Program-made: the position numbers and the translations under genes | Notes under the pieces: model-generated | Told to the model about the DNA's origin: nothing | Databases searched by the model: none | The model's input: the letters and a program-made list of their open reading frames with translations, nothing else | Source of the DNA: the human T2T-CHM13v2.0 reference genome, Homo sapiens | DNA: 64,000 bases | Reading direction: 5' to 3' (one strand) | Assembly: GCF_009914755.1 (NCBI RefSeq) | Contig: NC_060929.1 | Shown here: in pieces, positions 49,147 to 64,000 of the stretch | How the letters are laid out: each line of letters opens with the position of its first letter | Position numbering within the stretch: position 1 is the first letter of the stretch

Positions 49147-50102
49147 TTGTATATGAGTAGGAAAAATAAGCAATTTAATCCATGACATAAATATTTCTTT
49201 TAAATATATTTAAGTTAAAATAAGTCATCTCAAGAAAATATTAAGCAAAAATTGTTCACTTAATATTTACCAGTATAAAGTATAAAATGATATAAAATAT
49301 GGCCAACTTCAAGTAATTGGTAAACAAGACTAATATTTGTGAAATATTGCAGATGAAAGGTCATTATTGCCTTAAATTGAGCCAGAACGATTTTTAATGA
49401 CATGAATGGGTAACACTGAAATGGTACAGGTAAGATCCCAATAAAAAATAAAATTAAAATGATAACCAAACAAAAATAACCTGCATAACATTCGAAATAG
49501 TGCAAAAATTTTACAGCTTCAGCAGATAATTCATTTATTTAAGCAATATTCTATTAATTGTTTCTGCATCACAGCAAAAGAACCTAAAGAGTCTCTTGAT
49601 GTTTACTAATATTTAACTTACTGGAGTGACATATTCTGACTCTCTCTCCCTTCCAATTTTTAAACGTTGATGGAATAAAATAAAAGCATATCAAACATAC
49701 AATAGAAGGAATTATTGTCTTGATTAGGTATAGCTTTAAATGGAAAGAGTAAACTCAATTCAGCTGAATTCAGTTGAATAAAAACTATTGCTTCAAGATT
49801 TTATTATCATTTATGTATTATTTTATATAACCTGACAGGGACTTGATGTAGTAGAGTAAAATGCACACATTAAGTAAAAAGCATATTTAAAAATATTTTA
49901 TACAAGCAGAAGCAAAAAAAAAAAAAAACAAACAAACAAAAAACTTTTGGTTTGCACAACAGCCTCCCAAGGGTAAAGATGAGATTTACATCACTGGTTG
50001 TACTCAAAATTCACCCTGATGAGCATTGACGCCAACATTTAAGAGAGTATTCTCATAGGAGAGATTAGATGACCTGTCATGCTTTTTCCATTTCTTATTT
50101 AC

Positions 50103-50323
50103 ATGATTTTGTTGTCCTAATAATCATTCTTCGTAAAAACAATTTGCTGGCAACCTGAGTGTGTTTTAGTTATGTCCTTGGGAGTTGCCTGGCTGTGTTC
50201 AGCTAGAGCCCAGCTGTCATCTCCAAACATGGCGAAATTAGGAAATGGCACACCATCTAATCCGATCCTTTTCTTGAACATTCTACTTGCAGAAACAGCT
50301 TTAATAATTCTCAGCTTTTGGAG
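50103..50323 (-). pseudogene. Putative 221-nt exon: LQKLRIIKAVSASRMFKKRIGLDGVPFPNFAMFGDD...
   Basis: Acceptor gtgcttgtttttcAG, 68 open codons (ORF 50117-50338), donor CAT|GTAAAT. Confidence 0.6.
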
Positions 50324-50613
50324 CTGAAAAACAAGCACTATAACTTACCTTACAAATATAATAGCAATAATGATACAAACTCTATTTATAAATTTCTGCT
50401 TCACCATAATTCTTTGTTTGAATTAGGTTATGACCCTTGCCTTACCATAATTTTGCCTGAAATATTAGCATATATTCATCAATCCATTAATTTTTTTCAC
50501 TTAGGACAAGTTTCCTAAGTGTCTACCCTGCTAGCTGTGCTAGATGTTGAAGATACAGTGATGAAAAGATACACATTTTTCATGGCACTGGAGGGCATAA
50601 TTAGGTAAATGAA

Positions 50614-50965
50614 TACTATGGTTGATGTTTGTGTACTCCCAAAATGTATTTGTTGAAATCCTAATTCCGAATGTGATGGTATTAGGAGGTGGGACCTTTG
50701 GCTGCTGATTAGGTCATGATGGTGAAGCTTTCATAAATGGGATTAGTGCCCTTATAAAAGAGGTTCAAGAGAGACCTCTTTCCCCTTTCACCATGTGAGT
50801 AAGCCAGTGCCATCTACAGAGAAAGTGTAGTCCTCACAAGATGCTGAATCTGTCAGCACCTTGATCTTTGACTTGCCAGCATCCGGAATTGTGAGAAATA
50901 AATTTCTATTGTTTAAGCCACCTAATTTATTGTATTTGTTATAGCAGCCCAAACAGGCCAAGACA
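50614..50965 (+). mobile_element. MLT1A-like solo LTR
   Basis: gttgaaatcctaat..aatgtgatggtattaggaggtggg...gttatagcagcccaaac..aagaca. Confidence 0.85.
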
Positions 50966-51236
50966 ATGAATAATTAACAATAAAAATAATATTTATAAGA
51001 TTAGAAAGTAAAATGTTTTGGAGTTAGATTGAAGAGATATCCAACCCAGCCTTGTTGATCATAGAGGTGATGATGAATTGTATCTCAGAACAAATTATGA
51101 GTATATGTGTTTGTGTGTATGCATAAAACATATATGTACATGCATATATATATGCCATAAAAGCTAGACAAAGAGTACAGCTCTATGAAAGGTCCAAGGA
51201 AAGAGAGTATGAAATATTTAAGGTGTTAAAAGATGT

Positions 51237-53832
<2,596 letters not shown>

Positions 53833-53897
53833 AGGTGTTGAATATACTAGAGAGCAGAGTTTGAGTGGAGGATAATGAGACAAGGCTGGAGGGGCTC

Positions 53898-54243
53898 TGT
53901 CTTGGTCTGTGTTGTGTTTTTAATAACAATATCTGAGACAAAGTAATTTATCAGAAACAGAAATTTATTGGCTGATGATTTTGAAGACTGGGAAGTCCAA
54001 TATCAGGGTGCTGTCATCTCACGAAGGCTTTCTTATGGCGTGATCACATGGTGGTAAGCAAGAGGTCAAGAGAAGGGTAAGAGGGGGCTGAACTTACTCT
54101 TTCATAATGGTGCTAATTCCACTTGTGAGGATGGAGTTCTACAGGCCTAATAACCTCTTAAAACTCCCAACACTGAATACTGTTACAATGGCAATTACAT
54201 TTCAACATGAGTTTTAGAGAGGACAAACATTCAAGCCATAGCA
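53898..54243 (-). mobile_element. MST/MLT1A-type solo LTR
   Basis: tgtcttggtct...gactgggaagtccaa.atc...acattcaagccatagca. Confidence 0.8.
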
Positions 54244-54309
54244 GGCTCCAAGTGTTGTGTACTCTACAATTCCGGAAGCACTATTTATATACACTATGCC
54301 ACCAGGTGA

Positions 54310-54800
54310 AAGAAGTCAGGATCTAATTTAGAATAGAAACAGTGAGGATGGAAAGAACTATCTAGGAGGTAAATTAAATAGAAGTTGGTGATTGGATAGC
54401 GGCGTGAAAGAGAAAAAGAGATTTTTGCTTGAACAATTGCATGGGTGGATAGTGCTAAACATAGAAGGAGGAGTCAGTTTCAGGTTGACTTGAGGTAGTT
54501 TGAACTTGTTGAGGTGTTCTTGAAATAGTTTGAACTTGTTGACTTTGAGGTATACATGGGAACTCTGGTGGCTGGTTCTAAGTTATATATGAAGTTTTGC
54601 AATTCAAGAGGAGAATCTGGATTAAGATAGGTATTTTGAAAGGATAGTCATTGAAGCCATGGGAGTTGAAGGATAATGGCAAGAAAGAACATGTAGACTG
54701 ACATCATTAAAGGGCTTAGCATACCCTGAAGATCAGCAATAATTGAAAGATGAACACAAGAAGAGGAGAATACAAACTAGTATGAGACACAGCTACTAGA
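54310..54800 (-). mobile_element. L2 relic
   Basis: Purine-rich antisense L2-like sequence. Confidence 0.5.
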
Positions 54801-55945
54801 CAGAGTGAACTTTTAGAAAACTGGTTGATATACTGAAAGGTTAGAAAGCAGTATTAGGCACAGCTATAGCTCCTGAAATAATTTTTATAATCCCAAATTT
54901 GAAAAACAGAAAGAAAAATTAGTCATTTTTCTGGTTTTATGTAGTGCTATAGCTGTATAGCTGTATAATCCTAGAACTATAATAATTATTAAAGAATATC
55001 TATGTCGATTTTATAAATTACTTTCAATAATCCAGGTTTTAGCTTAACATACATGGAATTAAGATCCCATTTTCCAAAATAATACAGAAATGTGTAAATC
55101 ACAGGTAAGCAGAGGAAAGCCAGCCAGTTTTTTTTCTTACACACACACACCACACACATAACACACACCTCACACACCAAATGGATGCAGAATACTTTTT
55201 CTAAAAAGAGACAAGAAAATGCTAGTAAATATACTTCTAAACTTTCTATATAAGGAAATAGATAACAATCGGTTCTTGTTTATGGTTAAAACTTAGTATT
55301 AATTTTCAAGAAAGTAAATGAAAACATGGAGGAATAGAAAAGATATAGAGAGCCCTAATTTCTTTAATCAAAATATTAGTATTGCCCCCATTCTTAAACA
55401 CAGATGAAAAATGCCAATATGAGTTTCTTTTTTTTCTCAGCCAAGCATATTATGAAAATAAGAATGAATAATAAAATGTCACGCTATTGACAGAAGAAAG
55501 AAAACAAAAATACAAAATTATGAATGAAATGTTATTTGTATTCTGTGTAAAATATCATTATTTGCTCTTAATTAATGTTGTTTTCTTGGTACTTTAGGAA
55601 GATGGGAACAAATGAGAGAGACTTTAGTGGGCACATTGTTCTTCATAACATAGATCATTATTAAAAACTCTGTGCATTGTTCTGAATTTGAAGATGATGC
55701 TTTTTTTAATCACTGGCATATGATTGTGTATATAGAAATCCAAAATGTGAAGCAATCCATCCATCAATTGGTTATTTTGTTTACACAAAATCAGAAGAGT
55801 TCATTTGACTGATTCCCCTATCCCTGGATGTTTGGGCATTAAATATGTAACCCAGATGTCAGTTAGGACCACCTTGTCCTCCTTGAGATATAGATAAGAT
55901 TGGCTTGAATCATGATACCACTTTGTGGAAGGCTGAAACCCTTAC

Positions 55946-56064
55946 AAAATATGTGAGATTCAGAGAGATTGAATTCCAATGCCTCCTCCTCCTTCAGCCT
56001 TCTCTTTCTGTGTTTGTTTCCTGTCTCTTTTATCCACTACATGATTTCAGATTTAGACTCTGAA
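55946..56064 (-). pseudogene. Putative 119-nt exon: SESKSEIM*WIKETGNKHRKRRLKEEEALEFNLSESHIF
   Basis: Acceptor T-run followed by aaaAG, donor TTT|GTAAGG. Phase-2 start matches the exon 117 bp upstream. Confidence 0.55.
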
Positions 56065-56181
56065 CTTTTAAAAAAAAGTTCACAAAACAAAAATGTAGCT
56101 CACTCACATGAAGCATTTGTAAGCATAGAAATCCTTTTAGAAGGTTGTGACAAGGGGAGATTAAGAGGAAAGAATACTTAC

Positions 56182-56289
56182 ACTGTTGCAAGAAAAGTAA
56201 CTTCAAAGTTAGTAAAAGTCACTCTGATTTCTTCAGCCATCCTTCTGGATGGGAATTTGCACTGACCCTTTAGCCCTTCTGGAATTGTG
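56182..56289 (-). pseudogene. Putative 108-nt exon: TIPEGLKGQCKFPSRRMAEEIRVTFTNFEVTFLAT
   Basis: Acceptor aatttatcccatAG, donor AGT|GTAAGT, phase 2-2, no stop. Contains aggATGg at 56240. Confidence 0.6.
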
Positions 56290-56319
56290 CTATGGGATAA
56301 ATTGATGTGTTTTTATATA

Positions 56320-58673
56320 TAGGTATACCTCATTTTATTGTGCTCCACAGGTACTGCACTTTTGACCAATTGAAAGTTTGTGGCAACCATTGTCAGCAAG
56401 CCTCTATTGGCACCATTTTTCCAACAGCATGTGCTCACTTCACGTCTCTGCATTATATTTTGAAAATTAACACAACATTTCAAACTTTTACATTATTATT
56501 ACATTTGCTAGGGTGATCTGTGATCGGTGATCTTAGTTGTTACTATTGTAATTATTTTGGAGCACCACAAACCTCACTCACATAAGAGGGTGAAGTTAGT
56601 TGATAAATGTTGTGTGCCTTCTTACTGCTCCACCCACTGGCCATTTCCCTGTCTCTCTTCCTCTCCTTGGGTCTCCCTATTCCCTGACACACAACAATAT
56701 TGAGTTTAGGCCAATTTGCAATACTATAATGGCCTCTAAGTGTTCAAGTGAAAGAAGAGTTGTATGTGTCTCACTTTAAATCTAAAGCAAGAAATGATCA
56801 AGCTTAGTGAGGGAAGCACCTCAAAAACTGAAACTGGTCAAAAGCTAGGCCTCTCTTGCCAAACAGCCAAGTGATGAATGCAAAGGAAAGGTTCTTAAGT
56901 TAAAAGTCCTACTTCAGTGAACATACAAATGATAGGGAAGCAAAACAGCTTATTGTTGACATGGAGAAAGTTTGAGTGGTCTAGATAGGAGATCAAACGA
57001 GCTACAACATTCCCTTAATCCAAAACCTAATCCAGAGCAAGGCTGTAACTCTCTTCAATTCTATGAAGGCTGAGAGAGGGGAGGAAGCTGCAGAAGAAAA
57101 GTTGGAAGCTAGCAGTGGTTGGTTCATAAGGTATAAGGAAAGAAGCCATCTCCATAACACAAAAGTACAAGGCAAAGCTGCAGGTGCTAATATAGCAAGT
57201 TATCCAGAAGGTCTAGCTAAGATAACTGATGAAGATGGTACACTAAACAACAGATTTTCAATGTAGAAGAAACAGCCATATATTAGAAGAAGATATTACC
57301 TAGGATTTTTGTAGCTAGAGAGGAGAACTCAATGCCTGGCTTCAAACGTTCAAGGGACAGGTTGACCCTCTTGTTAACAGCTAACGCCACTGGTGACTTC
57401 AAGTTGAAGCCAGTGCTCACTGACCACTCCAAAAATCCTAGGGCCTTTAAGAATTATGCCAAGTGCACTTTGCCTGTGTTCTCTAAATGGAACAACAAAG
57501 CCTGGATGACAGCATATCTGTTTACAGCATAGTTTACTGAATATTTTAAGCCTACGATTGAGCCCTAACGCTGAGAATAAAAAGATTTCTTTCAAAATAT
57601 TACTTCTTATTGACAATGCAACTGGTCACCAAAAAGCTCTGATGTAGATATACAAGGAGATCAATGTTTTCATGCCCACTGGCACAACATCCATTCTGCA
57701 GCCCACAGATCAAGGAGTAATTTCAAATTTCAAGTCTTATTATTTAAGAAATACATTTCATAAAGCTATGGCTGCCATATATAGTCATTCCTCTGATGGA
57801 TTTGGGCAAAATCAATTGAAAACCTTCTGGAAAGCATTAATCATTCTCAATGCCATTAAGAACATTCATGATTCATGGGAGGAGGTCAAAATACTAACAT
57901 TAACAGGAGTTTGTAGGAAGTTGATTCAACTCCTATGGATGACTTTGAGGGGTTCAAAACTTCCAATGGAGGAAGAAACTGCAGATAGTCTAGAAGTATC
58001 AAGAATACTAGAATTAGAAATGGGGAAGATGTGACTTAATTGCTACACTCTCAGGATAAAATTCAAAACGGTGAGAAGTTGCTTATTATGGATGAGCAAA
58101 GGAATTGTTTGTTGAGATAGAATATCCTGGTGAAGCAGCTGTGAATATTGTTGAAATGACAACAAAGGCTTTAGAATATTACATACACTTAGTTGATAAA
58201 GCAGTGGCAGGGTTTGAGAGGACTGACTTCAATTTTGAAAGAAGTTCTACCATTTGTAAAATGCTATCAAACAACATTACATGCTACAGAGAAATCTTTT
58301 GTGAATAAAGAGTCAATTGATGTGGGAGATTTTGTTGTTGTCTTATTTTAAGAAATTGCTACACCACCCCAACCTTCAACAAACACCACCCTGATCAGTC
58401 AGCAGCCATCAGGGAAGATCCTCCACCAGCAACAGAATTAGGATGCCCTGAAGACCTAGACAATTGTTAATGTTTTTAAGTAATAAAATATTTTTAAAGT
58501 ATGTACAATTTTAGACATAATGTTATTGCACACTGAGCAGAGTACAGCATAATATAAACATACCTTTCATGTGGACTGAAAACACCCCCAAAAAATGAGA
58601 CTCACTTTATTGTGATACTTCCTTTACTGCTGTGGTTTGGAACCAAACTTGTGATATTTCCAAGCTATGCCGC
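56320..58673 (+). mobile_element. Near full-length Tigger1 (pogo-like) DNA transposon, transposase decayed
   Basis: Terminal aggtatacctc and caagctatgcc in TA context. ORF fragments [25 protein letters not shown] and TTSILQP.DQGVI match CENP-B/DDE_1 Tigger1 transposase. Confidence 0.95.
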
Positions 58674-59099
58674 TATATACACTGATATTTAAATGACAAC
58701 ATTGTTTGTAAGGGTTAAAATAAGAAATGATTGTTTCCTTATACAATAGTATGATCAAATCAATCAAGATAATCCATACAGTGTAATTTTGAGCAGTCAC
58801 TTAAAAAGAATGAAAATCTACACATTCTTAAAGTCTCCAAAATGTATTATGAAGTGAAAAAAAATCAAGGTGCAAAATGATGAATGTGGTATGTTCCCAT
58901 TTGTGGAAATATATAAACATGTTTGGAACTGGAAGGATACCAAAATTTATTACCACAGTTCCTTTTAAGGGGAGGTTCTGGGTTAGATGGAATGGGCTTT
59001 CTTTTCTGTTTCATAATTTAGTATTGTTTAATAAAATTTAATTTATATTATTAGTTAATACGTGATTTAATTTAGATAAAATTGTCTTATTATCTCATT

Positions 59100-59640
59100 C
59101 AGAATAGCTTAACCACTCTTTTATGATTATTAGAAAAAGAGTTTCTACTACAATAGAATCCCAAGAACTTAACATACTCCTCTCCACTTCACATTCTAAG
59201 CTCTGGCCACCCTGGCTTTCTCCCTTCCTTGTCAACTTGCCAAGTCTATTCTCAAACTAGAGCCTTTACACTTGCTCTTTCCTCTGCTTAGCTTGGAATT
59301 CTCTTCTCCAGCTGCCTTACTTCATTTGAGTCTCTATTTAAATGTCACCTCTTCAAAAGATACCTTCTGTGACCATCCTGTTTACCCTAAGTTCCCTAAC
59401 CCAACTAGTCACCCTAAGTTCCCTAACCCACCTAGTCATCATTCTCTAACCCTGTTTCACCTGCTTCAATTGTTATTCCTTTAAATTACTTATTGTGTTT
59501 GCCTCTGTGGGTGTGTTTCCCCTACTAGAACATTAACTTTATAAGATCAATGTTTTATCTATTACTATAATTTCAATGCCCAATAGTAAGCACTTAGTTA
59601 ATGAATGCATGAGCAAATGAATGAAAATGAATAAATTAAG
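59100..59640 (+). mobile_element. L2 3' end relic with a 27-bp tandem duplication (59384-59437)
   Basis: ctctggccaccctggc..., aatgtcacctcttc, aatgaatg tail; accctaagttccctaaccca.ctagtc occurs twice. Confidence 0.65.
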
Positions 59641-59861
59641 GAGTTCACACGTGCCCTTTGGGTCTCATCTTTTATAATCTAGGAGCTTACAAAAACAATT
59701 TTCTTTTTAGGAGGAATTCATGTGTCAAATCTTAAACATTACATTTATTTTGAGTATTTATTTACTCCACATAACTTACAGGAGTCAAGACTTGAAGTAG
59801 GTTTTGATAAAATTATTAGAATAATAGACATCATCTAGGATTTCGTGAGGCTAATATAATT

Positions 59862-59990
59862 CTCAGGAGGCTGAGGCAGGAGAACCGCTTGAACCCAGGA
59901 GGTGGTGGTTGCAGTGAGCCGAGATCACACCACTGCACTCCAGCCTGAGTGACAGAGTGAGACTCTGTTTCAGTAATAATAATAATAATA
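59862..59990 (+). mobile_element. 5'-truncated Alu (right arm) with a (taa)n tail
   Basis: caggaggctgaggcaggagaa...gagactctgtttc; flanking ataattct repeats. Confidence 0.9.
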
Positions 59991-60133
59991 ATTCTAAAAA
60001 TTTGAACCATTACTGTGTGCTGATGCTTGCATTTTAAAAGGTAATCTTCCCAGTAATCTTATGAGCTGAGCCCTATTAGGATATTCATCTTCCAGGAAGG
60101 AAAGGGATTGCTCAAGATCATGCAAGCACTTAC

Positions 60134-60689
60134 TAACCTCAAATTCCCAGAGGACTCAGGATACTCTGATAAATTTTGCCATCAATTGACTTGCTTAAAC
60201 AAGGTATCTTGTGTTTTTCCCATAGTAGGGAAGGGGATGGCAGCATCTGCTAAATGTTTTTAACAGAAATAGTAACGTGGTAAATTAAACCATAGTTGCA
60301 TGCTAAGAAGAAAAGGTTCTGTTTTTCTCAACACATTCATATTCATTTCATAGAATCATCAAGGTAAACAAATTTTCATTTTTTATTTATAACAATTACT
60401 AGTGTTAGAGAATAGTCTATAGACATGGAACAGATGAAAAAAAACATATTTTAGGGAAGACGTATGGATTGTGTGCTCCAGGTAAGACTGCCAGCCTTAC
60501 CTTTTTCCCCTAACCCTTGACACTGCCAGTCTCCTCACTAAAAACTGAATAAGGGACAAAATCCAATAAATAATCTATAATTAGAATTAAATAGTCACCT
60601 TTTCCTCAGAATAAATCCCATTGTGTCTTACATTTCCTTTTCCTCTCAGGTAACACGAGAAACGGCAGCCTCCAAGGTCTTCCATCACT
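60134..60689 (-). pseudogene. Possible cluster of three small exons (60632-60689, 60501-60544, 60134-60249)
   Basis: Donors GTAAGA, GTAAGG and GTAAGT. Phases 0-1, 1-0 and 0-2 bridge the 63240 and 56289 exons. The first acceptor is weak. Confidence 0.4.
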
Positions 60690-60940
60690 CTGCAAATTCT
60701 TACCACACATGGCTCTGCGTATCCCCTGACCTGACTCACTCCTCCCTAATCTCTAAATTCCTCCACTGTATCTACTGGATATCATAATCTAAAGTCAGCA
60801 AAATCTCCTATTTTATCAAGCCCTTTTGTAAACATTTCTCTCTCTCTCTTTTTTTTTTTTTCACTAACTAGATTCTCTCTGGGACACTCAAGTGTGGCTT
60901 ACCCCTCTTTTATACCATACTTCACTAGGCCTGGAGTTAT

Positions 60941-61430
60941 TCTGGTAAGCAGAATAACTCCTCCCCTTGTCCCCAAAGATGTCCACATTTAAACCTTAGA
61001 ATCTGTGAATATGTCCCCTTACATGGCAAAATGGACTTTGTAGATGTGATTAAGTTAAGGAACTTGAAATGGGAAGATTATTTTGAGTTACCTAGGTAAG
61101 TCCATTATAATCATTTTGGATTCTTATAAGAGGGAGGCAGAAGTGTTGGAGTCAGGGAGAGATTTGAAGATGCTAACTGCTAGCTTTGAAGATGGAAGAG
61201 GTCAGGAGCCAAGAAATGCAAGCAGCCTCTACGAAGCTGGAAAATGCGAGGAAACAGATTTTTTTCCCTGAAGCCTCCAGAAGGAATGCAGCCCTGCTGA
61301 CACCTTGATTTTGGCCGGTGAAAAATGCTGCAGACTTTTGACCTTGAGAACTGTAAAATAATAAATATATGTTGCTTTAAGACACTAAATTTATGGTAAT
61401 CTGTTACAGCAACAATAAGAAACCAACACA
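60941..61430 (+). mobile_element. MLT1D-like solo LTR
   Basis: gcagaataa..ccccaaagatgtccac...gtgattaagttaagg...gaaaccaacaca. Confidence 0.85.
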
Positions 61431-61434
61431 GATG

Positions 61435-63010
61435 TCTTTCTTGCTTATCTTTGTTATTTCCAGACCATACTCCTCAACCCTCTTAAAGACCCCTAGCTCC
61501 TTTGAGGTATGTGCCATCAGGCTAAACCATCTGCCACTCCTCCTTATTGCTGTCATCTGCCAACCCTCTCATTATTCCATTACATTCATTAAAAGTATCT
61601 GATCTCTTCTCACTGTCTTTCCACCATATTTGTATCATCCTTTATGCTGACATCTGCATCAGGATACACATGATGCATCTGATACACCTTCCACTTGGAC
61701 ATTGCAATTTCTTAACCTGCTTACATTCAAAGATCTTTTCTTCTGCCTCCTCCATCTCCAATCTTAGAGTCATACTATAAATCTTTTCAGAAATAATGAC
61801 AGAAGTACTTCCAGATTCTCAATTTAAGGCTTTTTACTCTCAAACATTTTTCACATATCATTCCATTTTACTTTCTCCAGTGCTTTTATTCTAATAACCT
61901 CCTGAGCTGCCTCAGATTCGGTTTATTGACCTACATTTTACCATCTGTCACCTCATCATGCCCTCACTTTGGGTTTACCATCCTAGATTGAAAGAATGTT
62001 CCATCATTACATCATTTCATTTTATAAATCCTCAACTCCCTCACTTGTTTCTCCCTCCACAATACTACCATGACAAAACTCAAATCCACATAAAGTCTTA
62101 GCCATTTGACTTATTCTCATAACTGGATAATAACACATCATCCAGCTGACTGGATTCACTTGAACTACATGACCATAAATATCTATTGGTTCTTAAGCAT
62201 CGCCACTAATTCTGTTACATTTTTTAAAATTACATTTTTTCTGTCCTCAACGTATCAATTCTCCAACCTCTCATTTTTCAAGTTAAGAAAGCAATTAAGT
62301 AAGAACTTTATGTAACTAGCACTTTATGTAACTTTATGTAACAAACTAACCACTGGGGAAACCAAGTGAAAAAGTGTTTTAGAAATAAAGGAGAGAATAT
62401 TTGCTGTCAAGATAAAGAGATGGAGAAAGTGCATATATACAATTATTTGAGAAGTTTTATTAAAAAGGGAGAATTGAGAAATAGTAAAGAGGAATAGTAG
62501 GATAATGTTTATTTATTTTTTTTTTAGTTGAGAGACATTATAGTGTGTTTGTGTGCTGAAGTATCTCAGTAGGGGAGGAAACATTAAGGATTTGGAATTA
62601 CTGGTGCTATTAATTTTAATAAGATTTATAACATAAAAGAGCAGGAGAGACGGTGAATGATTACATGAGCAAAGAACTTGGGTAATATACAGGAAGAAAG
62701 ATTGGCCTCATATAAGAACAAAGCCACCATTACATACAAGCAGATGCAAGCAGTAGGTAGTATTTACTGAGTGCCTCAGCACCCAACACGCAGAGTCTTT
62801 CTCTTTTCCATGTGCTCTACACTTTGTGTATGTGACAGCCTTTAAACATTCTCAATGTAATCCTCACAAAAATCTTATGAAATCTTCTTTTACAGTTGAA
62901 GAAACTGGTGCGTCAGAGATAAAGTAATCCAAGGCCACAGTGGTACAAATGGCAGGGCAGGACTCAAAGGCAGGCCAGTCTAACTATATAGCTTTCCCTT
63001 TCCAGCCACT
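61435..63010. mobile_element. L2 relics and an antisense MIR (about 62800-63010)
   Basis: Degenerate L2-like tracts; ttttacagttgaagaaactg...ccaaggccacag MIR core. Confidence 0.5.
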
Positions 63011-63239
63011 TCCCTGATTCTTATGTCATTGTCATACCTGGGGTTTGTAGTGCCTGCAATGAAAACTCCCCACTTGGAGTAGAGGCAAAGCGAAAATACA
63101 CTAAGCTTAAATACAGGTTAGTTTTCAATGTCTGTGCCTCATGCCTTCTTTCTCATTTTTGCTACCCCTTTTCTCCCTTGGCATAGTGACATCGATAGTT
63201 CTTTCTAATGACACTAATTGCTTCCTTTACAACCCTTAC

Positions 63240-63383
63240 CAGAAACTTTGAAAGTTGGATGTTTTCCTGAGGCAGAGATTTGAGTACGGTGGCAGGATAC
63301 AAACCAGCAGCAGTTGCAGAAGGGCGCTTTACTCTTTTAGTGAGCACCTGACTGTTTCTCTTATTGGCCAAAACAAATATGGC
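63240..63383 (-). pseudogene. Putative 144-nt exon: AIFVLANKRNSQVLTKRVKRPSATAAGLYPATVLKSLPQENIQLSKFL
   Basis: Acceptor gcacttgctAG, donor CTG|GTAAGG, phase 0-0, no stop. Confidence 0.6.
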
Positions 63384-63932
63384 CTAGCAAGTGCTTGACG
63401 TCTTAATAGCTGTGAGATTATTCATGAATAAGTCCCCTAATTAATTTATAATTATGTGCAGTTTATTGCTCTATGAGATTAAGAACACGTTAAAGACTTT
63501 TGAGTTGAGGCAACCTGAGGTGGGTCATCCTCCAGCATATCAGAGCTCATTCTTTCATAAAGCAAAGCCTTTTTGCAGATCAAGGAGAATTCTACTTCTC
63601 TACCTATTGCTTTTAAATTAGTTCTGCACAAATTTTTTTGTAAGTATTCAAGATTCTTACTTTTTTAATATATACCTTTTGGAAACCATTTAAAAAATGA
63701 GCAACTATTCATTCTGTCTGGCTCTCAGTGTGTGTGTGTGAGTGTGAGTATGCATGCATATGCACCCTTGATTTTTCTTATCTCCTGATTATTGGTGGTA
63801 AATGGTATAAAGATTTAACAATAGTTTATTGCTTATGAGGCATTTCCATTCTAGAATATTATACCTTAAAAGAATTAAAGTTTGTGTGATTGGTGAGTTC
63901 ATCTGTTCCTAATAGTCCTTTGTATACCACTG

Positions 63933-63935
<3 letters not shown>

Positions 63936-63964
<29 letters not shown>

Positions 63965-64000
63965 GAGACCGAGTTTTGCTCTGTCACCCAGGCTGGAATG
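63936..64000 (-). mobile_element. Alu 3' end (cut by the window edge)
   Basis: Poly-T followed by gagaccgagttttgctctgtcacccaggctgg. Confidence 0.9.

Noticed and set aside
56238-56240. aggATGg as the gene's start codon
   Set aside because: The frame stays open upstream to an acceptor at 56289, and further exon candidates lie at 60-63 kb, so it is more likely internal.
57063-58308. Transposase ORFs as a domesticated TIGD-like gene
   Set aside because: Broken by stops and frameshifts inside a TIR-bounded Tigger1 fossil.

Overview
AT-rich primate (hominid-like, probably human) genomic DNA. Roughly two thirds is interspersed repeat: a full-length young L1 (L1PA2-like), a near full-length old L1PB-like element carrying an LTR2 solo LTR, two 5'-inverted L1s, truncated L1s, a complete THE1 MaLR provirus, MST/MLT solo LTRs, a near full-length Tigger1, five Alus, and L2/CR1/MIR relics. 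Nearly all long ORFs in the track come from L1, THE1 or Tigger1. No intact protein-coding gene, RNA gene or CRISPR array is evident. The main non-repeat signal lies on the minus strand: about 20 exon-like segments (63383 down to 885) with AG/GT splice sites and largely compatible reading phases, riddled with stop codons. One exon is split by an MST LTR insertion. This looks like a decayed, intron-containing gene of about 900 aa or more (candidate unitary pseudogene) whose family I cannot identify. Subfamily names are from memory of consensus sequences, not from a database search.
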